Shown here: positions 18,797 through 29,717 of the stretch, piece by piece
Position numbering within the stretch: position 1 is the first letter of the stretch
Layout: each line of letters begins with the position of its first letter
Virus record (IMG/VR): IMGVR_UViG_3300042350_003432
Location: 1 to 55,818 of that record
Strand: one strand, 5' to 3'
Source of the DNA: a virus
Taxonomy: Duplodnaviria; Caudoviricetes
Length of the DNA: 55,818 bases
Notes under the pieces: generated by a model
Database searches by the model: none
What the model was told of the DNA's origin: nothing
What the model saw: only the letters and a program-made list of their open reading frames with translations
Made by a program: the position numbers and the translations under genes

Positions 18797-20182
18797 ATGG
18801 CATATGTACAAAGAACAAAAGATGAAATCTTAACAAGTTTACTTGCCCGTATGGTAGCAAGAAGCGCCGTAACCGATATTGTTGAAGGTAGCGTAATTTA
18901 TACTTTGATGAGTGCTATTGCTGAACAGATAGCAGATTCAGAATATAAACTAGCGAAACTAAGACAACAATTTACACTTACAAACACTACAGGGACTGAT
19001 CTAGATGATCGGGCGCTTGAAATTGGTATTAGTAGACTACAACCAACCAACGCAACCGGTGAAATCACTTTGACACGATCAAGCATAGGGGCAACTCTTA
19101 CACTAGAAGCGGGCCTTCGTGTATCAAATCCTAGTAATCAAGCGCTAGTTTATTACACAAGAGAACAGGCCGTATTTGGTACTAATGATTTAACGAAAAC
19201 AGTTTCAATTATTGCAGGCGTAGCCGGTAGCGTAGGGAACGCAATAAATAACACGATTACACGCCTTGAGAATTTCCCAAGCTCCATTATTGCCTGTACA
19301 AATGTTAATGCGCTCACAAATGGACTTGATGAAGAGACAGATGATCAATTGCGCAATCGTTGTAAACAATTTATTCAATCACTTGCAAAGAGTCAACCAC
19401 AGGCAATTCAAACACTAGCTAAATCATACATTGCGACAGATGGGACACGAGCATTTAACGCAGCAATCTATGAGTCTGAAAACTTGCCCGCTTATTGTGA
19501 ACTTTTGATAGATGATGGTAGCGCCCTATATAACAACGTAGTAACTCAAACAATTACTAGCACGTCTTTTGTTGTGTATGGTGATCAAAGTCCTCTTGTG
19601 ATGCCAGTTTCAAGCCCTATCACAGATGCATCTAATCTTGTACTGACTAGAACAAGAGGGTCACTTGTGATCAATCCGAATAAATATCGAATTATTCATG
19701 AACGCGGCTTAATCATCTTCTTAGATCGTAGTGATTTAGTAGATGGTGATATTGTTACTACGAACTCTTATAGTATCTATACAGGCCTAATTAGTGAACT
19801 ACAAAACTTGATTGAAGGTTCGCCGGCGGATCCTATCAATAATCCAGGCTATAGGGCGGCGGGCGTTCGTGTTCGTGTACTACCGGCACCTATTACGCTT
19901 GTTTCTTTTGATTTACAAATTACCGCTTATAATGGCGTAGACCTAGCCGCACTACAAGCTAGACTACAGGGAATCGCCAATGGTTTTGTAAATTCGCTTG
20001 AGGCGGGGCAACCTTTATTAATTGCTCAATTGATTGACGCACTTATGAACGATGTAGATTTACAGAATGTTAAAGTATATTCAAGTAACACATTGAACCT
20101 AAGCCCCGATATTTACCCAACAACACAAAGACACATACTAAAAGCAGACACTATCAATCTATTTGTTAGTACTAGGAGATAA
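18797..20182 (+). CDS. baseplate J-like wedge protein
   Basis: GSVI.TL, DLDDRA, GN...NTIT, GLDEETDDQLRNR, YRAAGV motifs. Confidence 0.9.
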   Translation: MAYVQRTKDEILTSLLARMVARSAVTDIVEGSVIYTLMSAIAEQIADSEYKLAKLRQQFTLTNTTGTDLDDRALEIGISRLQPTNATGEITLTRSSIGATLTLEAGLRVSNPSNQALVYYTREQAVFGTNDLTKTVSIIAGVAGSVGNAINNTITRLENFPSSIIACTNVNALTNGLDEETDDQLRNRCKQFIQSLAKSQPQAIQTLAKSYIATDGTRAFNAAIYESENLPAYCELLIDDGSALYNNVVTQTITSTSFVVYGDQSPLVMPVSSPITDASNLVLTRTRGSLVINPNKYRIIHERGLIIFLDRSDLVDGDIVTTNSYSIYTGLISELQNLIEGSPADPINNPGYRAAGVRVRVLPAPITLVSFDLQITAYNGVDLAALQARLQGIANGFVNSLEAGQPLLIAQLIDALMNDVDLQNVKVYSSNTLNLSPDIYPTTQRHILKADTINLFVSTRR

Positions 20183-20183
20183 A

Positions 20184-21554
20184 ATGGATAAAGTTAAATT
20201 ATACCCCCAAGAACGATTAGACTTAGGAGACGCCGGCGCTCTACAACAATTAGTCTATGACTATGTACAAGATGCTTTAGGTTCACTAATTGGCCCCGCT
20301 AGAGGTTGCCTCTCTCAACCGCTTGTTACTTTTATCAATGGAACACCTGATAAAATTTCACTTAGTGACTTCTCATTTATTGCCAGTAAACCTATCGGTA
20401 ATGCACTTTTAGGCTTGTATAAAGTTAATTTTTCATCTCACATTGTCAAGTTTGATAGTTTGCTTACTGATCATGGTAATTACCCCATTCCATTAACCGG
20501 CGTAGATAATACGATGTTTCTTTGGGCCCGCCCGCTTATGGTTGATACTGATCTAGGTAATCGTAGAAAATGGGACGTAGCACAGGGCGGAGAGGTTACT
20601 TTTTCAGACAATACACGTGAGCGCATGCGTGTTGAATTTGCTTTCGGCGCTACTGATCCCACAATAGAGGGTGATGATTTTCAATATTCACCATTAGCAA
20701 AAGTTCGGGCGATTACCGGAACTTATGTATTGTTTGATTTTATTTCGGCGTTTGATTCCGAAGATATGCAAGCAGTGACAGGCGAAAGCGGGACTTTTTA
20801 CGATAGTACAAATACAAACGCAACAGCTTTTAGCGGCATGCTTCCAACATATCAACAGAGCGCATTAGATGTAAATGTTGGCCTATTAAGTGTGATTCAT
20901 GCACTAGGTAGAATGACAAGACAGATGCACGCAAAGGGCGAAAATGATCCAGTCGGCACAAGTACGCCCGCCGCTTGGTATAATACACAGCCTAAAATCT
21001 CTTTGAATGGAGCATATAAGAAGATCGATGCGCACGATACACAAATCGACGATCTACAAGGGCAAGTAGACAACCTAGAAACGCAAGTTCTTGAACGTGG
21101 AACTGTTCCTTTTGCTTATTGGATTGTGCAAGGTAACCCGCTATTTGCTTCTAATATTTGGCAAGTAATACGTGGGACTACAACCGGTATTTACGTTGAT
21201 CCTAATAATCCTAATAATTTTAGATTGCTTATGAATACGGAAATGGTGAACAGTGGTTTTTATGTGAATGGTTGTAGTATCACACAAAGACACCAACCTT
21301 CAAACAAGAATCATAATAGAGTAAGTACACAATTACGATGGTTTGCTACACCTACAAGTCATACAGATTGGATTGATCCAGATGTAGGCAATCAAAGAAC
21401 ATTTTCATTTGACACAATCCCTTGGCAACTATCAAATGAAGCATCATTCACAAGTACCGCCGGTTCCGCCGATTACAACAATTTGACAAACGCAGCAAGT
21501 ATCACACTTCTAATTACGCTATTTGGCGCCCCTGTCAATCCTTATGGAGCGTAA
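20184..21554 (+). CDS. putative tail/baseplate structural protein
   Basis: AGGAG RBS before ATG 20184; follows baseplate J; short coiled coil before the C-terminal domain. Confidence 0.55.
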   Translation: MDKVKLYPQERLDLGDAGALQQLVYDYVQDALGSLIGPARGCLSQPLVTFINGTPDKISLSDFSFIASKPIGNALLGLYKVNFSSHIVKFDSLLTDHGNYPIPLTGVDNTMFLWARPLMVDTDLGNRRKWDVAQGGEVTFSDNTRERMRVEFAFGATDPTIEGDDFQYSPLAKVRAITGTYVLFDFISAFDSEDMQAVTGESGTFYDSTNTNATAFSGMLPTYQQSALDVNVGLLSVIHALGRMTRQMHAKGENDPVGTSTPAAWYNTQPKISLNGAYKKIDAHDTQIDDLQGQVDNLETQVLERGTVPFAYWIVQGNPLFASNIWQVIRGTTTGIYVDPNNPNNFRLLMNTEMVNSGFYVNGCSITQRHQPSNKNHNRVSTQLRWFATPTSHTDWIDPDVGNQRTFSFDTIPWQLSNEASFTSTAGSADYNNLTNAASITLLITLFGAPVNPYGA

Positions 21555-21557
21555 CAA

Positions 21558-22304
21558 ATGGCAAACCTAGAAATTAGTCCCCTATCAACAACGATCGGTG
21601 ATAATGGTGGATACTTGATTTATGTAATCGGTGACTATTTCACAGATGGCACGATTTCAAATGATCAAGAGATCAAGATCAGGCTTAAGAATACAAGTAC
21701 TCTTGCTTATACACAGTATCTTTATTCATGTATATCAGGGCAGGGCGTAAATTGCCAAGTACAAAGGGGCCAATACGTTTTATGCGCCTCACCTATCCTT
21801 GAACCAGGTATTTATGATCTAGTGTTAACCTACGGCGTACAAAATTACACAGTGAGCGCCGGCATACAGGTTAAACGAAGATTAAGAAGTCTTGAGGCGT
21901 ATGAGCTTCGGGCGTCTTTGCCCCCTCTATATAAGGCCGGCGAACGCATATTAAATCAAGATACATTGTTTGCGTATGGTTCAAGTGATCTTGATCAAAC
22001 AGAACTTAGCAACTTAGCGATTTTGACTTCTTGCATAGGCGACGAATTAACTTATCTAAAGGGCAAATCTAGAACAAGAGTAGCGGAACAAGTCACAATG
22101 CCCTATGAAATCAATTCTAGTGATAATTCACTGATCAAACTAGAAAGTAACTTAGGACTTGAGGCCGGTCAAATTATCTATGTACAGGGCATTAAATGCG
22201 TAGTCAATAGCATTGCAGGCCACGCCGTCTATATTCAAACACAACAACCCTTTTCAATCGTACAACAGGGGGCAGAGATTACATATGCTACTATCACAAA
22301 TTGA
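21558..22304 (+). CDS. structural protein with Ig/IPT-like N-terminal domain
   Basis: ISP....GG....V.G..F and SP.LEPG.YDL.L pattern. Confidence 0.5.
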   Translation: MANLEISPLSTTIGDNGGYLIYVIGDYFTDGTISNDQEIKIRLKNTSTLAYTQYLYSCISGQGVNCQVQRGQYVLCASPILEPGIYDLVLTYGVQNYTVSAGIQVKRRLRSLEAYELRASLPPLYKAGERILNQDTLFAYGSSDLDQTELSNLAILTSCIGDELTYLKGKSRTRVAEQVTMPYEINSSDNSLIKLESNLGLEAGQIIYVQGIKCVVNSIAGHAVYIQTQQPFSIVQQGAEITYATITN

Positions 22305-23199
22305 CAAGGCCCGACATTCTACGATCTTCACTAGGGCGACCACGACCGATCTAGATAGACTAAGTTTTTTTTATGATCTAGTCCGCCCCGCATCGTTCCC
22401 TCGTGCATATTGGGCAAAGGTGATGCAATCCATTATCTACCAGCCAAAAGGCACTTATGCACAGCTATTCAATGTTCTCTATTGGCTATTCAAACCATGG
22501 ACCGATCAAGAGACTTATGAAAATGTGACAATTAGCACCGATGGGCGTTTTGTACTACCTACCGGCGATCTGTCTGATGGTAGAGTACATAAATTGCTAA
22601 GATGCACCTTTAGCGATGGTTCAGTAAAAATTTACATGGTTTATCAAATACATGAAACAGGGACGCCCCCGATCGTGGTTCGTAGGTATCAATTGTTTAC
22701 TGATCAAACATTTGCCAGTAATTCAATGTTTTCAGTGTATACACGCGGGCAAAATGTGACAGTGAGCACGATGGAATTTTTACCATTCTTAATCTTTGAG
22801 ACTACAGGCGGGGGCCTTGGGAATGTAAATGCCTTAGATGATCTAAGAAATGGTAAGCTTACAATTTACCTTGATTCTACACTAGCTAAAGCGCCCCCAA
22901 CGTATATGAAAGAAGATAATGAAGAGAGAGACGCCGGCGAACCATTCGGGGGGCAATTACTAGAATTGTTTGATCTTAACCCAGACACAGAGAACTATGG
23001 CGATCAGATCACAGGGCCCTTTCCTCTATATGTAGGAGGTTCACAATTAGAAGGCGTATTTGGTACGATTTTAAATAAATGCATTTCAGCCGGTATCAAG
23101 TACGAACTTGTAAATCAAGATTGGGATACTTCCCTTGACTATCAGTCACTTAGCATCTACGCACAGCAAGGACTTTACCCGTTCCCGCCTAAAATTTAG
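22285..23199 (+). CDS. putative baseplate wedge protein (gpI-like)
   Basis: AT..DLDRL...Y...R, PKGT, C-terminal SAGI.Y; end of structural operon. Confidence 0.55.
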   Translation: MLLSQIDKARHSTIFTRATTTDLDRLSFFYDLVRPASFPRAYWAKVMQSIIYQPKGTYAQLFNVLYWLFKPWTDQETYENVTISTDGRFVLPTGDLSDGRVHKLLRCTFSDGSVKIYMVYQIHETGTPPIVVRRYQLFTDQTFASNSMFSVYTRGQNVTVSTMEFLPFLIFETTGGGLGNVNALDDLRNGKLTIYLDSTLAKAPPTYMKEDNEERDAGEPFGGQLLELFDLNPDTENYGDQITGPFPLYVGGSQLEGVFGTILNKCISAGIKYELVNQDWDTSLDYQSLSIYAQQGLYPFPPKI

Positions 23200-23448
23200 T
23201 TAAGATACTTGATCATAGTTAAGATGTTTCTTGTATATCGTAACTAGAAAATCTTGTTATGTTTCAACAATTTACCAAGATAATTAAGATAATTAAGATA
23301 TTTTGAAGAGTAGTATAATATTAAAAATAAAATATATGTACATGATGTATATGTGATTTATATATATAGGGGCTATCGGGCCAATAATTATCTAATCATC
23401 TATGTAAATCATTGATTTATAACAATATTCTCTAGTTAAGATGTTTTT
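23197..23448. repeat. AT-rich inverted-repeat/iteron element, copy 1 (candidate origin)
   Basis: Multiple TTAAGAT; imperfect inverted arms at about 23235-23275 and 23404-23444; homologous to 51540-51805; directly upstream of primase. Confidence 0.75.
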
Positions 23449-23473
23449 CACATATCTTTTTCATGGTTTTAGT

Positions 23474-23502
23474 TTGACAAATCACACTTTTTTCTCTATT
23501 TT
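23474..23502 (+). promoter_or_regulatory. sigma70-type promoter for primase operon
   Basis: TTGACA-17-TATTTT, then AGGAG RBS. Confidence 0.6.
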
Positions 23503-23536
23503 GATTCAACCTTAATCCATTGCTAGGAGTACAGCC

Positions 23537-26500
23537 ATGAACGAAGCAAAAGGCAAGTTCTATCCTCATCTATCCAGTGAAGTTTTGAATCAGTGGTATA
23601 ATGAACCCTTATTCTGTTCCATTTTGCCTAATCTCAAAGTTAAAGCGGGCCAGTATACAAACCCCGCCGTTTTTCATGTAGACTTGAAAGATGCACTTAG
23701 AACACAGTTTAACACAGATGCACAGATGCAACCTGCATACGCATCACAACTTGTTAAAGCAACAGCACAAACTTGGAGACTTGGGACAGAACATATCAAA
23801 GATTTACAAGTACAAATTGATTTTATCGCTTTAGATTTTGATGCAAAGAGGGAAGAGAGTCCACGTGAAAAATGGGCTTGGTCAAATGATGACTTTAGCG
23901 CTTGCGTTATCTCTTGGGCGGCGCATCCTATTCTAGGAAATTCATTGACCTATAAGACAAAACATGGTCTACGCGTTCTAATCCCTCTTGAAGCGCCCTT
24001 TATGATTGATAAAGAGTTACGGGGTAAAGATTGGGAGAAAGTCTATGAATCCATTTTGGCCAGGTTGCCTAAATCATCTTTTGGCGCGTTTGATGTATCT
24101 TGCGACACAGTAGTAAAAACTTATAGATTGCCACAAGTAATTAGAGAAAAAGAATACTTGTACTCTTTTTTCTATGTGCCAGCTAAACAATATGTACATA
24201 AAATTGATATGCTCTCTATGTTCTCTGATATTTCATACATTACAGCACAGAGACAAGCAATCAGGGGCGTAAGTCAAGGCTTAATCGAAGTATTCAAAGA
24301 AAACAAGCTTTATATCGAACCTATGAACAAGCAAATCAACGGCGAATTAGTTCATCGTGTTCAATGCCCTTGGCATGATTTACATTCATCAAACGACGAT
24401 AAAAGCACCGCTAGCGTTCTTTTTCTTGGTGATAATGGTTGGGTTTTCAATTGTATGCATGCATCTTGTAAAACTGAACGAACTAAACCTAATGCGCTTC
24501 GGAACAAGTTCCCTAGAGGTTGGAGTGATTTTGTTCAAGATGGTTTTGAATATGAGTTTAACAGCATAGACGGGCAAGAGATTATTAGAAACTTAGTAGA
24601 AGTTCTAAAATCATCTAAAGAAGCGCCCTTTTATCAAAGAGGGAATGAAATTGTTCGTGTAAAAATGAACTTAGAAATTGATAGAGAGACTATCTACACG
24701 CCAAGCGTAGAAGAAATTACGGGGTACATTTTACAGTTTTCTAGATGGTACACAGTAAAGACAACAAAAGAAGGTTTGACACGAAATTACATAGCTTTAC
24801 AAGTAGCCACGATCAAAATTTACTATGCATATATCAAAGACATGTTGCCACGTATTGAGGGCGTGACTAGCATCCCCCCGATCAATAGCGCATTTGAACC
24901 ATTGCAAACACATAAGGGCTATTGTGAGGCCCAAGCATGCTTTTATTCACCTGTACGCCATTTCAATTTTAAGGCGTTGCAAGATATACCATCTAGCACT
25001 CAAGCAGCGAAAGATGCAGCACTTAGACTACTTGATCTATTTTGCGATTTCCCATTTGCGCAGGACCATTATAGACTTATGGCACTAGCTACACTATTCA
25101 CAGCCGGTTTCCGTAAGAAGATTGACGCCCCCGCCCCTTTGTTTCTAGTATCCGCAAACACTAAGGCCGCCGGTAAAACTACCTTTATTCAGACCGCTTT
25201 GGCCGGCGTGTATGGTATCCGCCAGCCTTCAATCATGGCAACACCAGAAAAACAAGAAGAACTTGAGAAACAATTAAATACAATGCTCTTAGAAGGTGAA
25301 GATTTCATTGTACTTGATAATATTACACAGGCCCTCGGTTCAGGTAGTATCGATGCGATCTTAACAAGTTCAGTTTATAAAACTCGTATTCTTGGCAAAA
25401 GTCACATGCCAACAATTAAGATTAGATCATTCTTTGCGGGCACTTCTAACAATGCAGTTATGAAAGCGGATACAGATAGACGCGTAATTACTGTTCGCCT
25501 TGTATCTGATTTAGATAGACCAGATGAACGAAGAGACTTTAAACATAGAGATATCTTGACTTTTGCGTCTCAAAATACAAGTTCTATTTGGCGTGATATG
25601 CTCACCATTCAAAAGAGCTTTCAGGAATTGGCAGACGTAGAAGAGTTATCAAAAGAACTTTCATCAATGGGAAGTTTCACAGAATGGGCGGATTGGGTTC
25701 AATATCCTGTCGCATGGGTGGGCAAGTTACTAGGTTTCATGAATGTTGATATTGTTGAAATGTCACGATCTGAAATTGTATCAAGAGAAAACGATGATCT
25801 AAATACAATATTTCAAGGCCTATACAGTTATCAAAGAGATTTAGGGGCGGGCGTTCAATGGAATGCACCAGACTTGTACACAGCCTTAAAAAATAAGCAT
25901 TCAGAAGATGAATACTTAGAACCTTTACAAGATGCACTACTTCAAGGCATCTCTTTAAGCGTTGTTAATTTAGGCCGTAGATTGATGAGATACAAAGATA
26001 AAGTATGTAACGGGTATAAACTACAATACTACAGATTAGCAGGTAATAAGAGTGTATACTCTTTAGTACGTATTACACCACCTACCGAACGAAAAGATTT
26101 TACACCAGAACAAACGTATCAAGATCATTTAAATACACAAGAAGCGCCAAAAGAAACAAATCAACCTATCAATCAAGTAACAAGTAGCGTGAATACAAGT
26201 ACTACAACAATTGAAAGTATTTTGTCACTTTGTGGGCATAAGGAAGATGCAGACAAGAAGCAGCCTTGTAAATTCATTCAAAAGGGCAATGTTTGCGCGC
26301 TAAATGATGGTGAACCTTGCGAAGCATCTTTTGTGTATCAGGTTGAAGAACCTAAAAAGAAAGAAGAGACCAAAGAAGCATTGTTCGAACTTGAGACCAT
26401 TGACACATTCAAGCAAATATGCACAGAAGCCTTGAAACAAAGATTAACTACGTTACTGAATGATCTAAAGAAGCCCGCTGAAATCGTGGATATCTTGAAT

Positions 26501-26884
26501 AAAGAAGGATTCGCCGTAGACAAGGGCAAATGGTCAAGTATCAAGGTAAATAAAGCAATCGAATTCTTTAGATTGACACAAAAGAAGATCACCGGCGCCG
26601 AACAGAAACTTGAAAAAAGGGGCGTGTATGATCATCGTTGGCTTGCGGGGTATCCAACAACCAGGATTTCACAAGAAGAATATTTATCTAAGCATTCAGA
26701 AGGTTTACCGATTGGCGGCGTAACATGTGGATCAAGTACAGATAGAAAGAGTGTACTATTTACCGGCGCTTCCCTTATTCAAAGCGTGCTAGGCGTAACA
26801 CAGATCAAAGATGCTATCGCTAAGGCGACCACGCCCGAACAAAGAGAGCAGGCAGCAAAAGAGAAATATGGTGATAAAGAATAA
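23537..26884 (+). CDS. bifunctional primase(-polymerase)-helicase
   Basis: AEP/PrimPol-like DFD...YKTKHGLRV; Zn-binding CPWH..H...CMHASC; P-loop ANTKAAGKTT, Walker B VLDN, TSNN; long C-terminal extension. Confidence 0.85.
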   Translation: MNEAKGKFYPHLSSEVLNQWYNEPLFCSILPNLKVKAGQYTNPAVFHVDLKDALRTQFNTDAQMQPAYASQLVKATAQTWRLGTEHIKDLQVQIDFIALDFDAKREESPREKWAWSNDDFSACVISWAAHPILGNSLTYKTKHGLRVLIPLEAPFMIDKELRGKDWEKVYESILARLPKSSFGAFDVSCDTVVKTYRLPQVIREKEYLYSFFYVPAKQYVHKIDMLSMFSDISYITAQRQAIRGVSQGLIEVFKENKLYIEPMNKQINGELVHRVQCPWHDLHSSNDDKSTASVLFLGDNGWVFNCMHASCKTERTKPNALRNKFPRGWSDFVQDGFEYEFNSIDGQEIIRNLVEVLKSSKEAPFYQRGNEIVRVKMNLEIDRETIYTPSVEEITGYILQFSRWYTVKTTKEGLTRNYIALQVATIKIYYAYIKDMLPRIEGVTSIPPINSAFEPLQTHKGYCEAQACFYSPVRHFNFKALQDIPSSTQAAKDAALRLLDLFCDFPFAQDHYRLMALATLFTAGFRKKIDAPAPLFLVSANTKAAGKTTFIQTALAGVYGIRQPSIMATPEKQEELEKQLNTMLLEGEDFIVLDNITQALGSGSIDAILTSSVYKTRILGKSHMPTIKIRSFFAGTSNNAVMKADTDRRVITVRLVSDLDRPDERRDFKHRDILTFASQNTSSIWRDMLTIQKSFQELADVEELSKELSSMGSFTEWADWVQYPVAWVGKLLGFMNVDIVEMSRSEIVSRENDDLNTIFQGLYSYQRDLGAGVQWNAPDLYTALKNKHSEDEYLEPLQDALLQGISLSVVNLGRRLMRYKDKVCNGYKLQYYRLAGNKSVYSLVRITPPTERKDFTPEQTYQDHLNTQEAPKETNQPINQVTSSVNTSTTTIESILSLCGHKEDADKKQPCKFIQKGNVCALNDGEPCEASFVYQVEEPKKKEETKEALFELETIDTFKQICTEALKQRLTTLLNDLKKPAEIVDILNKEGFAVDKGKWSSIKVNKAIEFFRLTQKKITGAEQKLEKRGVYDHRWLAGYPTTRISQEEYLSKHSEGLPIGGVTCGSSTDRKSVLFTGASLIQSVLGVTQIKDAIAKATTPEQREQAAKEKYGDKE

Positions 26885-28038
26885 TGAGTTCAAAATTTAC
26901 GCATGTTTCCGCATCACAGATCAAAACTTATCTTGATTGCCCCCGCAAATGGTATCTACAAAAGATCGTTGGGCTACCGTCTCCATCAAGCGCATCTACT
27001 GAACTTGGTAAAGATATACATAGCATCATAGAAGCCTATTTCAGAGATGGGCTAGATATCCCAGAAACAGACACAGGGGCAATCGCTAAACGCGGGCTTG
27101 AGTATTTACCTAGTAGAGATGAAGATTTATCAATTGAATTAGGTATTCATGAGGCCCTACCGATCAAAGATTCCCCCGTCCCTATTATGGGATTCATTGA
27201 TTTACTCCATAAAGGGGCGGGGTTTGTACGTATCATTGATCATAAAACGACCAGTTCAAAGAAGTATACAAAGACTTCAAAAGAACTAGGTTATGATGTT
27301 CAAATGAATATCTATGCACGATCAATCTTTGATAATATGCCCGCCCTTGAACAGGTTGAGGTTGTGCATGTTTACTATGGTACGAAAGCGCCGGCGTGGT
27401 CGTCTAGTGTTTCATATGTACTCACTAGACAAGAAAACGATGATCATTTTAATGAAATTGTAAAAACGATTGACAAAATGAAAATCGACGCTATAAAAGA
27501 AGAAAACGAGGTTGAAAAAAACCTTGAAGCATGTTTCAAGTTCGGGGGTTGCCCTTATCGCTCCGAATGCCTTTTAAAACGAAAAGAGATTGACACTATG
27601 ACACAGACACAAGGTCAAGATTTAGCAAGTAAGTTAGGACTTACAGCGCCTAAAGCACCAGTACAAGCAGCACCAGTACAAGCAACACAAGTAGAAGCAA
27701 AGATTCAAGCACAAATTGAACGCCCTTTAGCAATTGTCCCGCCGTATGAACGCCGATCATTGTTCATTGGTTGTTTGCCCCAAAAGAGTACGATTGCACC
27801 TGTCACATTTTACGAAGCATTTAGAGAAGAAATTCAGATGATTTGTAATCAGTTTCAAGTTTTTCATTTGTCTCAAGTCGATTATGGTAAAGGTTGGAAT
27901 GCGTTCCAGTCTTTACTAGCTTCTCAAAGTTGGTCAAAGACAACAACAGCTATCTACATTGATCCTATGAGCGATGAATTTACAAGAGTCGGCAGCTTAT
28001 TAATTGCGAATGCAAGTACAGTGATTCGAAGAGTCTAG
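26884..28038 (+). CDS. PD-(D/E)xK exonuclease (Cas4/AddB-like, Fe-S)
   Basis: SASQIKTYLDCPRKWY, GFID, IIDHKT, Q...Y, CFKFGGCPYRSEC. Confidence 0.88.
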   Translation: MSSKFTHVSASQIKTYLDCPRKWYLQKIVGLPSPSSASTELGKDIHSIIEAYFRDGLDIPETDTGAIAKRGLEYLPSRDEDLSIELGIHEALPIKDSPVPIMGFIDLLHKGAGFVRIIDHKTTSSKKYTKTSKELGYDVQMNIYARSIFDNMPALEQVEVVHVYYGTKAPAWSSSVSYVLTRQENDDHFNEIVKTIDKMKIDAIKEENEVEKNLEACFKFGGCPYRSECLLKRKEIDTMTQTQGQDLASKLGLTAPKAPVQAAPVQATQVEAKIQAQIERPLAIVPPYERRSLFIGCLPQKSTIAPVTFYEAFREEIQMICNQFQVFHLSQVDYGKGWNAFQSLLASQSWSKTTTAIYIDPMSDEFTRVGSLLIANASTVIRRV

Positions 28039-28044
28039 AATAAA

Positions 28045-29676
28045 ATGATTGCTACTGAATGGGAACGCCTCCGATTAGTTCCCTTAGATAAAATTGAACA
28101 TAAGCAAGATTTGACAAAATACTTAAAGAGACCAGAAGGCAAACAACAATTACGGCCTATTCAAAATGAGATGCTATGGCAAGCAATCGACCGAAGGGGC
28201 TTACTTGGTTTTGTTGCCTGTGGTGAAGGTAAAACGCTAGTTTCTATGCTTCTACCATCTGTATTGCGTTCTAATCGCCCTTTGTTATTGTTGCCCGCGT
28301 TTATGATTACACAGCATAAATCCGATCGTAGTTCTTATGGTTTACATTGGGACTTGAAAGAGATGAAAGTGTTATCATATGAAACTCTTTCAAGTCCTAA
28401 AAGACTAAAAGAACTTGAGGACTACGCCCCAGATCTGATCATATGTGACGAAGCGCACTTACTACGCAACCTAAAAAGCGCAAGAGTGAGACGCCTTGAT
28501 AACTACATGATCAAGTTTAGTCCTATGTTCTGTGCGCTAAGTGGTACTTTGGTTGCACGCTCAATCGTTGATTATTCGCATTTGGCATCATGGGCGCTTG
28601 GTGCATATTCAACAATTCCTAGAATTGCTTCTATCGTGCAAGAATGGTGCTTGAGCATTGAGGAAGGGATACACTCTAAATTAGTAAATACGATCATCCC
28701 TAAAGGTTCAAAAGAAGAATATCTATCAAGACTACAAAGAACAAAGGGAATCGTTATAACTAAAAGTCAAGAGGTTGGGGCGTCCCTAGTAATCAATAAA
28801 GAGAAAATAAGCATGCCAGCCAGTCTAAAAAAGAGTATTGCAATTGCTATGAGTACTAATGACATTGTAAGCGCAACAAATGAAATCCTAGACGCCGAAC
28901 AGCTTGAAGCAGTGTTTCAATCATCCGATCTATGGACGCCAAAAGACGCGTTTTTACTTAGAGTATGGGGGCAAATTTCATGCGGTTTTATCTATGCTTG
29001 GGATTGGGAAGATAGAGAAATTGATCATGAATGGATTGAGTACAAGAGGGCATGGGGGCGGGCATCGTTTCAAATGCTTGAGCGATCAAGTTTTGATAGT
29101 ATCTCTTTGATTTCACAGTATGCAGAAACAAAAGAAGCGCCTAAGGCCCTTTCTATAGCGTGGCAAAATTGGAAGAGTGTAAAGGATAGGGAAGCGCCAA
29201 AAACTAAAGCGATTTGGCTTGATGATTTCTTGATTGACTATGTTAAAAAGTGGACTCTTGAACAGCCTGAACCTGTTTTAATATGGTGTGCATATTCCGC
29301 CCTAGCGCATAGATTAAAGGGCGCTTTGAATTGTGAATTATATGGGGCGGGCAACGATGATGCAAAAAGACTTGATACAAATAAGCACAAGGCACATACG
29401 GCGATCATGAGCATTCAAGCACATGGGACAGGGAAGAATTTACAGGCTTGGAATAATCAGATCATCGTTCATCCGCTCTCTCATCCTAGCACATGGGAAC
29501 AAATGATCGCTAGGACACACAGACCAGGGCAAGCAGCGGATGAAGTACATGTATCTATTTTAAACATGGGCTTATTTGCTAAATCGTTTAATAAGGCGCT
29601 TAGAGATGCTCAATATATCCAAGATACAACAGGGCAAAAGCAACGCTTAATCTATGCAACAAAGAATGATAAATAA
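28045..29676 (+). CDS. SF2 (SNF2-like) helicase
   Basis: CGEGKT, DEAH, LSGT, GTGKNLQ, Q..ARTHRPGQ. Confidence 0.9.
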   Translation: MIATEWERLRLVPLDKIEHKQDLTKYLKRPEGKQQLRPIQNEMLWQAIDRRGLLGFVACGEGKTLVSMLLPSVLRSNRPLLLLPAFMITQHKSDRSSYGLHWDLKEMKVLSYETLSSPKRLKELEDYAPDLIICDEAHLLRNLKSARVRRLDNYMIKFSPMFCALSGTLVARSIVDYSHLASWALGAYSTIPRIASIVQEWCLSIEEGIHSKLVNTIIPKGSKEEYLSRLQRTKGIVITKSQEVGASLVINKEKISMPASLKKSIAIAMSTNDIVSATNEILDAEQLEAVFQSSDLWTPKDAFLLRVWGQISCGFIYAWDWEDREIDHEWIEYKRAWGRASFQMLERSSFDSISLISQYAETKEAPKALSIAWQNWKSVKDREAPKTKAIWLDDFLIDYVKKWTLEQPEPVLIWCAYSALAHRLKGALNCELYGAGNDDAKRLDTNKHKAHTAIMSIQAHGTGKNLQAWNNQIIVHPLSHPSTWEQMIARTHRPGQAADEVHVSILNMGLFAKSFNKALRDAQYIQDTTGQKQRLIYATKNDK

Positions 29677-29717
29677 TTTGTAAAATAATTTGACAAACTA
29701 GAAAAACATGCTAATTT
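29677..29717 (+). promoter_or_regulatory. sigma70-type promoter with dyad operator (copy D)
   Basis: TTTGTAAA-N5-TTGACAAA, then TG-c-TAATTT extended -10-like. Confidence 0.65.

Noticed and set aside
23197-23448. Repeat element as a MITE or IS remnant
   Set aside because: No transposase and no target-site duplication evident; homology extends outside the inverted arms. Not fully excluded.
26884-28038. Cas4-like nuclease as evidence of a CRISPR system
   Set aside because: No array or other cas genes seen; it sits in the replication operon, as is common for phage exonucleases.
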